From: Blepharisma stoltei ATCC 30299
Taxonomy: Eukaryota > Protista > Ciliophora
Direction: 5' to 3'
DNA length: 64,000 nucleotides
Assembly: GCA_965603825.1 (NCBI GenBank)
Contig: CBFDEM010000044.1
Span: 558,001-622,000, forward strand
Part shown: in pieces, positions 1-13,400 of the stretch
Numbering within the stretch: the first letter of the stretch is position 1
Layout: each line of letters starts with the position of its first letter
Program-made: the position numbers and the translations under genes
Notes under the pieces: generated by a model
What the model saw: the letters and a program-made list of their open reading frames with translations, nothing else
Databases searched by the model: none
What the model was told of the DNA's origin: nothing

Positions 1-715
1 TCCCAATAATATGAAACTTGACTTCGTTTTTTCTGACTAAAGCTTACTTCAAGCAATCATTGCACAGAATAGTACACCAAACGTTTTCGTATTCTGGTGG
101 CATTGGAGTCGAAGCGACTTCTTGGTCCAATTCTTGATAAAAATCTGAAAAATCAGCAATAGACTTACAGCAGATTGGACAGGTATATCGATGATGCTCC
201 ATCATATCCCTCAAACAAGAATTATGTATAAAATGTCCACACCTAATGGGAATAACTGATTCCCTACTTGTAAACATATCTTCTTGGCATACAGCACAGT
301 TAGATTTCAAAACACCTGGTATGCAGACGTGAGAGTCTCGCAAAGCAATGCTAAGGCACGCTTCACAAGTGTCACAGTGGAAAAAATTTTCTCTAGGACC
401 TACACGACATATTCCGCATTTATCGCAGTGATAAATTTGTTTAGACATATCGTGGTCAAATAAGTGGCAGATCCCACAGAAATAGTTGCCTAAGCAGTTC
501 CCACAGACTTCACAGTACTGAGCAATGCCCTGAATATGCATGCATTCACGGCATCTAACTGTATTCACATCAGCCCTGACCATTTTGTGCCTTTTTGTCA
601 AATCTTTTTCCTCTTCATACTTAACCCGATCATGACAATATCTGCATGCGAAAAACTCTTCACAGCATAAGGATAAAAGGTCGCATCCTCTGGCGTAGTG
701 GGTGCAAGGCTCCAT
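1..715 (-). CDS. RCHY1: RING finger and CHY zinc finger E3 ligase (Pirh2/RCHY1-like), 3' end runs off window; intron 33-47
   Basis: CHY motif (CTHYARGC...CRYCHD), CTCHY region and RING (CAVCQE...CGHFIH..C...CPIC). Removing intron 33-47 continues the frame as CNDCLKKNEVKFHIIG, matching the Pirh2 C-terminal zinc ribbon. Confidence 0.93.
33..47 (-). other. 15-nt spliceosomal intron GTAAGCTTTAGTCAG
   Basis: GT-AG ends and A at -6. Removal deletes an in-frame TAA and restores conserved Pirh2 sequence. Confidence 0.92.
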
Positions 716-1008
716 ATTTTATTAAGTTTTAGACAAATCCATAAGATAGGCGAAAAAACGCCAGTTGTTAAATCTTTACTGGAAAAAATTAATTAAGCAG
801 TTGAGATAAGGCTGAATTTGTTTATAAGCTGGATAAGTAGAGCAAGAAAAATAAAGAAACCTGATAAGATTTTTTATCAGCGATTTTACTGGATTTCTTA
901 ATTTTTAGATTTATTAGCTTTTTAGGATGAGGAAATCAGAAGCAGAGAAAAGTTTTCGGACTAAAAAATCAACAAATCAATAGGTATAAAAGCTCCATAT
1001 ATAAATTA
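716..1008. promoter_or_regulatory. Divergent (bidirectional) promoter region between RCHY1 and eIF5A
   Basis: Head-to-head ATGs at 715 and 1009. GATAAG at 805, 832 and 863, and inverted repeat CTGATAA-N6-TTATCAG at 861-880. Confidence 0.5.
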
Positions 1009-1470
1009 ATGGAACACGAAGAAACAGTTGACGTTGTAGCTTCAGGAGCATCAGAAACTTACCCAAGCCAAGTCGGATCACTTAAGAAGGGTGGATATTG
1101 TGTCCTTAGAGGCCATCCAGTCAAGATCATGGAAATTGCCACCGCCAAAGTCGGCAAGCATGGCTCAGCCAAAGCCAAAATTACAGGAATCGATGTTTTC
1201 ACATCAAATAAATATGAGGAAATCCACCCAACTTCCCACAATATCGACGTTCCTAACATTTCAAGAATTGACTACACCTTGGTCGATATTGCAAGAGATG
1301 GGTTTGTTTCCTTGATGGACGACGCTGGAAATACAAAAGAAGACTTAAAGCTTCCTGAGGACGAAGAAGGAGCCAAAATCCGTGACTTGTTCGAGAATGG
1401 AGCTACAGTTTCAGTGACTGTTATGAAAGCTATGGGACAAGAGAGAATTATGGCTGGTAAAGAAATCTAA
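1009..1470 (+). CDS. eIF5A: Translation factor eIF5A
   Basis: Hypusine loop AKVGKHGSAK, ITGIDVFT..KYE, 153 aa. Confidence 0.97.
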   Translation: MEHEETVDVVASGASETYPSQVGSLKKGGYCVLRGHPVKIMEIATAKVGKHGSAKAKITGIDVFTSNKYEEIHPTSHNIDVPNISRIDYTLVDIARDGFVSLMDDAGNTKEDLKLPEDEEGAKIRDLFENGATVSVTVMKAMGQERIMAGKEI

Positions 1471-1822
1471 GCAGCTAATACATATGATCTCTTTTAGATA
1501 AGTCTTAGTATAAGAAATAACCCAGAAATATTGGGATCTTTTGGCATAAAAACTTCATAATTCCAGGTCTGAGATAGTTGTGGGAGTTGTGTCAGAACTT
1601 AATGGATTAAAAAATGCCGCGGTAGACAACAGTGGTATTGCTGATTTCTATTTATGAAATTTAATGCCAGAAAAGCTAGGAACCAAAGTAAATGCCTATG
1701 ATAGCTTTTTATTTAATATTGCTGCTCTAGTATATTTATTGCTAGGAAAATCTAATAATTTTTAAAGGCAGAACACATCAAAATTCCATTTTTTAATGTT
1801 TAATAAAAGCAATAGAAGTGCC

Positions 1823-2440
1823 ATGACAAGACAGAAAACAGATAAGCCCAATAAATCAATTATTTGAAACACTTTCTTTATTTTCTTTACGATTATTACT
1901 ACAGGATCTTTCCTCGGATTTTTGGTTGATATTTATTATATGAGCCCAAAAATTTTAATGAAAGAGTTAGATATGAACAATTTGACTGGCCCGAAGTGGT
2001 ATATGCAGAACTGCCTCGCATTTGCATGGATCTTTAAAATATTGTCTGTCACCAATCTTATGCTGAATAAATCAGAATTAAGTAGAGAATTTTTTCCAAT
2101 AATTAAAGATATTGGAGTTACTATTGCATTCTGACTGGAATATTACATTTCGTTAAGGCTTTTTTCGCTTTCAGATTATACTTATAAGCTTTCTGGCCAC
2201 ACTTTGATTTTGACTTCTGTGACTTGCATGATATTAGTTGAAGCCCAAAGAAATTTTTTAATTACAGGGAATATTAAAGTGAAGAGAATTGGCAAATTAA
2301 TGATGCTTTTGAATAGCTATATTTTATTTTGGACCAGCTTTGCATATCATAGTTATATAGAGCTTTTATCTGCATTAATGACTGGAATTTTTACTGCTTG
2401 TGGATTCCATCTATATATTAATGAGTACTTAAAGATATAA
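1823..2440 (+). CDS. FIT (fat storage-inducing transmembrane, FIT2/Scs3)-like membrane protein, 205 aa, 2 TGA=Trp
   Basis: Joins ORFs 1922-2134 and 2204-2440 through TGA. Multipass hydrophobic, with LSGHTLIL and C-terminal AYHSYIE motifs resembling the two FIT catalytic His motifs. Confidence 0.6.
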
Positions 2441-2444
2441 TTTT

Positions 2445-4100
2445 TTAAATATTAGTGTTTACATCATTTTGTTTTATATCAAAAGATGATGGTTTTGAAG
2501 GAAAACATGCAGTGACTATACTAAGATGTCTAGCTTCATTATTGTATCTTTCTAGAATTGCAGTTTGTTCTAAGTCTGGGGATTTTGGCCTGGATTCAGA
2601 TGAACTTTCTTGTAAAATTATTGATGAATCTTTAGTAAAATCAAATTGTTTTATACCTTTAGGAGTTTGAAAACTTCTTGTAAATGTCAAATAAGATGAC
2701 TTAGGAGTTTTAGAAGTTCTTCATGAATCAATGCTGCACACTCCTCCAGGAGAAATTGTTTTTCTTATAATTTGTGAATTTCGAGTTTTAGATCTGTGAG
2801 CCATTGGAGTTGAACACTTAGGACGGCTTGCTGTGACTTTAATTTGAGGCTTATGATCAATCTTTATGTTTAATATTTCTGATTAATATTTACCTTGATG
2901 AATTTTTTCTCTCTCTGAAATTCGGTTATTTTCTTCTGTCCTCAATCTAGTTTCTAATACATATAAGCGAGCTTCCACTGAATTGAAATCTTTGATTTCT
3001 GAAAAATCCATTGGAAGCCATTCAAGCTTTTTCTTAATAAATATAAGTTCATCATCTAGGTATCCACGAAGGTCTTCTTTAATATTCAATAATTTTTTAT
3101 CGTGGGATTCAGCTAATTTTGTTGATTTTTTTTCTAGAAATTCATTAATTTCCTCTTTAAAAGCTTTCAGCTCTTCTATTAAGCCATTTCTCGATTTTTC
3201 TGCTTGAATTATTATATCATCAATCATATTTACTTTATATAGCGCTTTATTCACAATTCCATCCAATTTATTTGTAGCATCTTTTTCTTTCTTATCAATT
3301 TTATAAAAAGTTTGCACCATTTTTGAGTCCAGATCTTTTATGGCGTCGCAAATTTTCATATTAAACGCTCATGAATTTTGGGTTAATTCATCAATTTTTG
3401 CAGTAATCAGTTTTAATGTATTTTCATTCCCTTTATCAGAGGAGCTTTTGAGTAGTCTAACTTCTGCTTTCATCTCTAATGAAGTTTTTGCCAAATGGTT
3501 TTGAGTTTCATTTTCTATTAAAAGTATTGAATTCTTCATGGCCTTTTCAAACCTATCCATATAGTCAGAAATATCTTTGATTTCTGCTGAAAGTGAGTTT
3601 GTCTCCTCTTTTAATTTCATCGAAAAATCATTAGTAAGTTCATCTTTCCAAGAAATTATTGCTGCAGCAAAGTTTTCTTCATTCTTATGGCAACTTCTGG
3701 TTATAGCAGCTATTTTTTGAGAAATTTCTTTGATTTGTTTATTGTTTTCTTCAATAGAATCATTTGTCAGTTTTTCAAGCCTTTTGATTTGGCTATGCAT
3801 AAACATTTCATTGTCAGCGAGGCCACTTTTAAGTTTATTTTCAATAAACATGAGCGCTTCATCGTTTCTTCTTGATTGATTTAAGCTTGGATATGAACTT
3901 AATACTGAAGGCGAGGATAAATTTTCCGAAGCTTCTTGAGGCTTGGCTTTTAAAGCAATTAAACATTCATGATCATACTTGAAGAGTTTAACTAAAGTTG
4001 ATATCGCAGCGATAATTGGGCTTGGAATATTAGATCAGCTTGAAGGAGAAATTTCTGAAAGCTCCTTTAATATTTCTTCTTCGCTAATTTGCAAGTCCAT
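2445..4100 (-). CDS. Hypothetical coiled-coil protein; intron 2879-2893; 3 TGA=Trp
   Basis: Continuous frame from ATG 4100 to TAA 2445 when TGA is read through and the 15-nt intron is removed. Heptad-rich K/E content. Confidence 0.75.
2879..2893 (-). other. 15-nt intron GTAAATATTAATCAG
   Basis: GT-AG, A at -6, contains in-frame TAA; splicing links ORF 2883-3359 to ORF 2445-2690. Confidence 0.85.
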
Positions 4101-4472
4101 TAAAAGATTAGACAATCATGTTTATTTAACAAAATATGAATTAAAAGCTCAAGATTTCTCTAGGAAATATACGCTAAAATATAAACTAAAGCAGCATTAA
4201 GATAAGCGAAATAAATTTGGAGCTCAAAGCATCACATTTAAATATCTCATTTTCAAATATTATGCCTATCTGTTATTATTGAGGAAGAATTTCTTCTTAA
4301 AAGGAGTGTGTTAGTAAAAATCTAAATTTACTCGATTTTATAAAAATCTAATCAAATTAAAATCGTATAATTTTATTAAATTTAAGTAAATCTTGAAAAT
4401 TAAGACAGCTCATGTATGTATTTAATTAAGGTTAAATGGAACAATTTTTAATTCATTCTACAGCTAATTAAC

Positions 4473-7400
4473 TTATCCAATATATCTTAACGAATGGAAA
4501 AACCTCATCAAAGCACTAATATTAGCCTCTCTAATCGAGAACCCACCTGACCACAACAAGTTGCTAAAAAATCCTACTTTTTCTTCATTTACCTGAGGTA
4601 GCACAACATTCACAGTCTGCGTTACTTTTTCTGCTTTCGTTGATACTTCTTCCTTATTCTCTCTTTCTATTTCTGGGCAGAATATAGCTGCAAACCCAAT
4701 ATAAATCGCTTTTAATTCCTCTGCATATAACCTTAAGTCTCTTTCACATTTTTCTTTGGAGAAAGTCAAGGATTTTTTGACTTTGTCTTTTAAGTCTCTT
4801 AAGCTTTGGGCCATATTTGAGACCTTGAACTCGTCAACTCGAATTTCTCCATATAAAAATAAATCTTTTTTAGAGAATTCTAAATAGTCAGAATCAGCTT
4901 GTTCAGGCGGCAAAGGCTGTTTTACTATATGTTCAATATCAAGTGGTGACGTAATATAGCACAAATACTGCATCTCTTCACCTGTTTCAGTTCTTCTTTT
5001 TTCCCAGAAGCCAAGAATAGTCCCTGATGGTAAAATTTCTTCATTAGGATTCACTATAGGAGGGCTTGGATCTAGCTGGAATTTGCATTTCATCATATAA
5101 GGTTGACATATCAGATTTAAAATCCTATGTAGCTTGTATAGTCGTGTCATTCTGAATTCTCTTCCGAAATGGAATAAAGATAAATCTGCACTTTGCTTTA
5201 TCAAATAAGTTATCAAGTCTATCGCAGTAACTGCAATTTTTTTTTTACTTTCTTCAAAAAGCCCTGCTGGATATTGTTTTTTCTGCAAATAATCAGATTC
5301 AAGAATTTCTTGGGAAATTGTTTTTGGTACTTTATTGATGTCAGAAACAGGACTTGTCGCGAATTGGCTGAATTGGTGTCTCAAGCTGTCTCTTGCATTA
5401 TATAAGTCATTTCCAATTTGTAGCGCTTTTATTGCATCTTTAGTGATTTTATGGACTTTTAGCTGCTCAGCTTTAAGCAGTTCTTCATATGAAGTTTCTT
5501 TATTTTCTTCGCCAGGGTTTGGCAGATATTTAAACCCAATTCTTGGCCTATATTCTCTTTGTAGTATCAAAATATGGTAAAGTTCATAAAACAGCAAATG
5601 AGGAGAAATAAGTAAAGACTCTTTCATTGCTATCTGAATGCTTGACTCTATAATTGCTTTCGATTGATCTAATAATGGAAGCCATTCTTCTATTAATTTT
5701 CTTGAAAAATTAGGAAGGTGTAGCAGTGTTTTACCTGACCCAAGATCATAATCTGGGAACCTATGGGCGATTTTTTTATATTTATGCCGCTCGTTCGCTC
5801 TTCCTCTATAGATGTTTTGGAAGTCATTAATTCCTTTAACGAATTGAAGCCTTAGTAGTTGAGCTTTAAGGTATTTAAGTGTAATAAAATGAGGAGGCGT
5901 CAAATGCAGTATTCTTGCTGCAATAACTTCTGCTTGGTCAATAATCTCATATTGTTCTTTTAGTTTTTCTTTTTTATAGTCTTCTTGCATTCATGCTTTT
6001 ACATATGAAATTTCTAATTTCAAAAACTGCTCTAGATTGAGGAGGTATATGTTTGGAGGAACTGTCCCATTGATTGCGTCAGCTTCAGCTTGAACGCTTA
6101 CTAAGTCTTCTTTTGGAGGGGCTTTTTCTACAGGCTGTGCTGCTTTGTTTTTATCTTTTGGGTCTGGAGCTTTTGCGACTTCTTCTTTTCCTGTTTTGAT
6201 AATCAGAATTCCATTATTAGCAGCGTCTCTATTGATATCTTGAGATTTCAAAACAAACCCATTTTTATCCATTAATTTCCATATTTTTTGTCGTGCAAGT
6301 GCAATAGCTTCAAAAGCATCAATAAAGTTCCCTCTTTCTAATAGCAATTCTGAATAATTAGCTAAGGCAAAAATAAACTGTGGATCAGAATGGACTGATT
6401 TTTCTCCTTCGCTACGCATTTTTTCAAAAAATTCTATGCATTTATCCATATTTCCTTGCCTTAGAGAAACATAGGCTTCAATTTCATAAGAAAACCTTCA
6501 GAAGAAAGGCTCAGAAACAGCTTGTGCCTCTTCTCTTAATGATAAAGTATTATTCAATGCTTCATTATATCTGCTTTGCAAATATAGCAGACTGCATAAT
6601 TTTTCTTTGATTTTAAGCCAAAATAGTGGTCCAGGTGTATTTCTGAATTCCCAGCTCTCTAAAAACTCTTGTAAAGCCCTTTGTTTTTGTTCTCTATTTG
6701 CATCAATAATCGGTGTGGCTTCTCTTCCTCCTTTTTTAGCTGGCTCTTTTTTCTCTTCAACTTTTTCAATTGGGGCAAAAGCTTGTTCAGCTCCTAGTTC
6801 CACTAATAATTTCCCTTGTGAAAATCCTTGCAAATTTATAAAGCTTTGTCTGGCAACTCTTATAGCAGCTGTTAAATCGCCTTGGGCTTGTTTTATTTCT
6901 ACTAGACTTAGCCTAATTCTTCCAATCAATTCTAGCCTTTTCACCTTTCTTTCTCCATCACTCAGGCTTTCATCATTTCTAAAGAAATTCTGCACAATTT
7001 GTTCTTTCATAGGGACATCATTTATTTCAATGCCCCCAGCTCGTGCTTTAATAAATTCTTCAATATTCCCATTTTCCTCTTCAAATTGTGATTTTATTCT
7101 TGCTAACTCATCTTCAAATGATAAATTTTTCAACAAATATCTCAAAGATTTTTCTATTTCAGTAAAAATTCCATTTCTGAGCCCTTCCGAAGCTGGGTTA
7201 TCAATATTTTCAGATTTTGCTAAAGATAGAAGTAAAAGACTTTTAGCGTAAACTGTTAAGTTGTAGACAAATAGAGAAGCTTCATTCATAAGTGCGGGAG
7301 GAACGTCTAATTTCATGAGAGCTTGGATTATTTCTTGGTTTTGCTGGGCTTCTGGGGGTAAATTCATATTGTATTTCATTTTTGGCTTATAATAATGGTG

Positions 7401-10400
7401 CTCTTTGTCTCGAAGCAGATGCTTTCTAATTCCAGGTTTCGGGAGGTCTTTCATAGCGATTATTTTTTGCAGAATATTAAGTGAGTATTCAGGATATCCT
7501 AATTGCGCCAATGCAACTACTTTTCAAGACCGGGATTTCAAGGCCATAGCTGAGTTCCACAGATAGTCAACACCTACATATTCTAAAAATGATAGCAATG
7601 GTATCGCATCTGCAAAAAATCCTCTGTCAATTAAAGCAACTGATATATAATCCAAAGCTAAGCCAAGCTCGCCTAAGCTGATTTCTTGGCTTACTTCAAA
7701 TAAATTAAGGTTCGGCGCAAGATCTCGCATACGATAAAGCGAGTGTTGAATAGGGTGCTGCGGATGTGGTAAACTCAGCCTATATATTGATGAAAATAAC
7801 AGTCTTGCTAATAGCACACAGTCCAGCTGCATTTTCATATTTTTACTTTCATATTGAGTGCTTGCTAGCTTCCACAGTACGATTCCTGCCAATAAGCATT
7901 CTTTTACTCCATATTTATCAGCTAAATTTTCTTCAGTTCTCCACTCATTGTCGTCTGATAAAGAAAAGACCTTTCTGAAGTTTTGGACTATATAGAGGCT
8001 TTGGAATACAGTATCTACTGAGTCATTTCAGGAAGTTTCAGCTTCTTCTAAAATCCCTTCACTAAAGCATAAGTTCCCTAGCTCATTTAATGCTTGGGCT
8101 AATAGCCATTTTTCTTGCCTTTTACGAAGTAGCTCTACAGTCTTTCTATAGCTGCTTAGTACCATATTAGCAAATACTTTATGAGCTCTTTTTTTTACTT
8201 TTAACGCAGGATCGCTTGAATCCTGCTGCAGATTTCTCGCTTCATTCCCATACTGCTCTAGTAATTTTCTGCTCTGCATTAAGCTTTCTTCAGCATTACT
8301 AGCTCCTTTTTTAAGCTGCTCCAGCTCTGCTTCACTTTCATTTAATTTTCCTAACAAAATTATTTCTTTTGCTCTTTTCCTTTCAATTTTTTCAATAATT
8401 TCTTTACAATCTCTTTCAAATTCAATCTGCTCCTGTGGGATTTCTCCAGTAATTAGCGCTTGCCTTGATTTTCTCCTTTTGCTTGTAAGTTTCCAATTTT
8501 CGTATTTTTCTTTTCTTTCTTCCAGCTCTTTTTCTCTTTGTTCTCTTCCCTGTTTAGCTCTTTCATATAGAGCTCTTTCTGCGTAGATTTTGAATGGCAA
8601 AACAGGTCCAGCGAAATAATGCTGGGTTACTAAGTTCATGGAAAAACAAATGTATTGGAGATATTCCCATTTTTCTGCAACTAGTAGACATTGTATAGCA
8701 AATCCGACGATATTTGAGTATAAATGAATGTCCACGTCTTGGCGGGCTAAAAACCAAGCCACTTCGCTTTCTTCTTCAAATGCAGAAAAATTAGTGAGAG
8801 AGCCAGTTTGTTGTGGAGGCTTTGTTTCTGCTGCAAAACTTACAACTCTTGGTTTTTCGTTTTCTGCCTGTTTTTCTTTTTTCGATACCAAAAGTAGCAA
8901 TAAATCTTCAGCAATGCAGGCTATATATTTTCACGATTGATTTTGTGCCATACTTTCTGGAGTCGTTAATGAGCTATTTAATACATTTCAAAGCGCTTTG
9001 GCGATATTTTCTAATTGTTTCCACGCTTTGCAGCTTGCTGCACAGTTAGAAGCTTTCATTAACGTCAATAAAACAGCTTCAATATTTTCGCCCTCTCTTG
9101 AATCTTCTTTTATAAGGCTCCCTACGTCCATAAATTTAATAAAAAATGATCCTTTAGACTCCTCAAATTTTCTGGAATTTTTCTTGATGAATTGTAAAGA
9201 GCTTTGCAATAAAAACCATTCAGAAGTCCATAAGGTTAATTCTAGATTGGTAAAAGAATGCTCAGGAGTAGGTGCCAAATACTCATCATCTGAGCCAGCT
9301 GTATCTTGTGAGCGGTTCGGTGGGCAGTCATGTTCTAAATTTGACAAAGAAATTGCTATTTTTTCTTCTAGTGGTGGCAATGCTGGGACCACAACTTGTG
9401 AGGAATTTAAAATGATGGTATCAATTACTGCACCTTTATCAATCATTGACCATAAACATTTACACATAAATTCAAGGTATCGAGGGTTATCTTTCATTGT
9501 ATTGAGTTTGGCAAAGCCTGAGTCTGGGGCTGATTTAATCCCATTCCAAAACTCACTTAAATCGTCTATGATTTTTCGCTGGGCTTGTTTTGCTTCTTCA
9601 GGGGCTGTGATCGCGAGTAATGATTCTTTCATTTTGTCGTTAAGACCTTTGCTTATTTCTTGAAGCTCGATGTGCTGAAGCGTTATTTCGTATAATGATA
9701 TAAATTCTTTTTCTTTAAGAGAAATCAGCTGAGGCTGGTCTGGCTGCTGTTGTTCGTATTTAAATATAGGAAGCTTTGTATTCATTGTAAGTGTCAGTTT
9801 TGGCTCATTTGAGCTTAAAAATGATTTTATATATAAGTTGGAAAAAACACAGGAAATTTTTCTGAAGGAAGAGTCCCATAAGTCATTAGGGACTTGCTGC
9901 AAACTAATATAGATTTTTGATAATAAGTGAAGCATTGTGCTGGAAGACCCTTCTAAGAAAAATTGCTGGTTTATTGTATTTAGAATTTCATGAAGAGTTT
10001 TCTTGATATTTAGAGACTGGTGAGTAATTATTGATAAATCTAACGCTAGCACCAATAAATTCGCTAATTTATGTTCTCGCTGCTGTCTATCTAGAATCAT
10101 GATAGGCTTGTATGCAGGATTTCTAAGCAGTTTATTTCTTTCTTTTTGCTGATCTGACCTAATCAAGCATTCCACATATATCAAAATTGCCTTGCTTAGG
10201 TGTCTCAGCTCAGGATAAGACGAAGAATAAATTTTCTTCATATTCAGCCTTGACTGTAACAAATTAACCGCAAAATTTGGTTCTAAATAATGAGCAAGCA
10301 CTTTTTCAATGGCTTGAAAAGAAATATACAAGTGCCCAAGCTCGAAGGCAGTTTCAGCTAAATAGCTCCACAATAAAGGTATCGGTAACGGAAAAAGAGT

Positions 10401-13400
10401 AACCACAGATTCACAAGTTTCTCCAATTCCTCCTATACATTCCCCTTCTTCTGTATATGCTGCTGCAGCAAAATGATAAGCCTCAAACGGTGTAAGCCCA
10501 GAAATGACCAAAACATTGTCAAATTCTTGCTTTACATTTAACCCTTCATAATCATAATTTGTTAGCGACACATTTGTCCCTGTTTTGGCTTCCTTTCCGA
10601 ATAACGCCAAACTATTAACTGTTTTTACATTAAATTTATCAACAATTTTTGGCTTAAAAAATGGCAGTTTTACTGCAATAGAAGTTGGAGTGCGGGCAAT
10701 TACAGTAGGCTTAGGTGGAGCTAATAAAGGTTTTGCTAAAGAATTATCAGCTAGATGCTTAAATGGGTAATAATTCAAATGGTTGTCCCCAGTTTGGCTG
10801 TTAAAAAGCTTGGCTGCCTCTACTTGTGGAGCATTTTCTGTAGCAATTTTTCCCATGTCTTTTTCCATTTTTTCGCAATTTTCGAGAAATTCCATTGCGT
10901 CTTTTAGGATAGATTTTTGTTCTTGGGAGTTTGTGCGGAATTTTGACATGTTGAGGTATAGTAAAGCTTGCTGGTATGGGTTCTTGGCATTATCAGAAAT
11001 TAAAATCTTTTCTGTATGTGAAGGAGTCGCTTTCTTTGGGGGGAGTTTTCCTGATTCTTGTAAAGCTTGCTGGAGCTCTTGTGTGTCTTTTCTTATTTTT
11101 GTAGCTGTTTTTCCTTTGCTTAAACTTAATTTCGCTGTAATTCCTGCACTCAGCCCTTTAGTTGATAATGGTTTTAAGCTTTTTGATGTAAAAGTTTGGC
11201 TCACAACTGTAAGATCAGAAGTTTTGCTTTTATCAAGCTGAAGTTCACACCTATAAAGACTCGCCAAAGCTTCAGTGTGCAGATTAAACAGAATAATTTC
11301 ATTTTCCGGGATCTGCACCATTTTATTAAACTGGCTGCTTTCTTCAACATTTTTTTCATTTTCTTTTATTTTTGTCAAAACTTCCCATTCCTCTTCTGCA
11401 TATTCTTCTTCGTCTAATTCACGCTTCCTTACAGCGCTCCTTAAAGATCCTGCTACCCAGTGTTCCCATTGAATGCAGCTGCTTTTCATATCCATTCTGA
11501 TATTTTTAACAGTCTCCAAGTCACAAGATATGCAAGAAGCTAAATCTTTGTCTAGGGCTGATCTTACACCTCTTTTCATTATATGTTCTCTGGCGTCTGA
11601 AGCTTGTGACACTACAATTCTCAGTGTTTGGACGCCATATCGTAAATTTCCTGACTCTTCTTGTAGCTGAGCAAGGTTTAGCCCTATATTTAGTAACGTA
11701 ATAGGGTCTTGAAGATCTACACGAGATGTGAAAACTCTAAATAATACTTCTAAAGCTTGCTCAAAAGCTGGCCTAACCTCATTCCACCTCTGCATCACTG
11801 GGTCTTCTATTTCTCCTTGTCTGTATCTTTCAAAAGCAATCTCTTTTGCTTTTAATACAGGGTTTACAAAATTATCCCAAATTTTAAGGCAGACATCTAG
11901 CAATATGTCAGGTGAGCATTTAGAAAAATAATCCCCTGATGGACCAATGATGGCGTCTCCCATCTCTCTAGAAAAGTTATCTAGTAAGTTAACATCCCAA
12001 TTCAAGCTTAAATGCTTATCTACAAGAGGAATTCTATCAGGCTCAATTGTGTCTTTGTTTTGTTCTAGCGCTCTAAGGGTATGCAAAACTCTATAATCCC
12101 TTTGCAGAGAGTGGACTTTTTCTTCAGTCCTATAGCAAATGTAAACATAAGTGTTATTTGGAACTCTTTCTTGGTCTTCAGGAGTTTGCCTTAAATCAAT
12201 AGGGATTTTGATGTATCCTTCAGGAGGGGTGACGTCTGGATGTTTAGAAATTATGGCTTGGACATCAATAATTCGCTTTAAAATCATTTCTTCGTTTTCT
12301 GGCTTGAACTTGCTGACTACCATATATGGAACTTTTATAGTTGACTTATTGTATTGCTCAATAGGGATAGATACAGCTTTGTCGCCTGGGTTTATATTAG
12401 GCCCTGATCTTTCGTCAGCCATTTTTATTTCAATAGAAATCAGCGCGTCGTCTTCTGTTTCTTGTTTTTTCTGCACTAAATACACATAAGAATGGTCAAT
12501 TTTTACAGTTGGCAGCTCTGGAGGTGGCTCAATCACATTTTTCTGCTGTGGGGCAGCTGCACCTTTACCTCTGGATTTTGGTGGCTCTTGTTTTTTCTCT
12601 TCCTTTTTATTTTCTTCCTTTCCTTTTTCCACTTGTTCTCTGACCCCCAGTCTAACCATTTCTTGCTTTAAATGGGCAATATTAAGATCCACATCAATTT
12701 TCTCAAAAGTTTTAGGGATTTTGCTGTCTGGCAATGCTGAATAGATCACATCTAAATCTTTCACTAGTGGTGCCTCTATTCTTCTATGTAAAAGTCTTAT
12801 ATCAGCCCACTCAGACAAATTATAAAACCAGTCCCAAAGTCTGCAATCATAAGCATGCTTTAGCAATTCTATATGAATTTCTAATGGAGCTGCTTGTGAA
12901 GCTTTTTTCCATACAGTTTCTTTAGTCATTAATGCATCAGCTTGTCTATTTGTAGCAAGCAAGGACTCCCTTGTGTGCTCAAGTGCAGGGTTTGCAGTAG
13001 TTTCTAATAGTCTGGTATCTCTTCCTTTTTTTTCGTAAATTTCCTTTAAAGCTTTTGCTACAACTTGTATGTCTTGCTGAACTAAATCAATTGCATAAGT
13101 AGTTATCAATGATTTCCAAGCAATTTTTTGCCCAGATTGCAAGGCAATTCTTGACTGGTCTGGCTTTACTAAATTTAAGCATTTTAATGCACATGCAATT
13201 TTTGATGGCTTTGCAGGAAATTCTTCTAGTCGCTTTTTTCATTGATCTGGGGTTAAAGTACCTAATAAGAGGCCATATTTCATGTCAAGAGATTTTACAT
13301 GCTCTATTGCGGACACTAGGGCTTGCTTTATGACGTCTGGGACTGGGTTTTCTACTTCTTCGATTTCTTTTAGCTGCTGGACTTGCTTGCTAGCGTGAAT

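Noticed and set aside
1484-1766. Coding-looking stretch between eIF5A and the FIT-like gene (+ frame open ~1550-1765 with one TGA)
   Set aside because: No suitable upstream ATG or intron, and no recognisable homology or RNA structure. Possibly a decayed fragment but unsupported.
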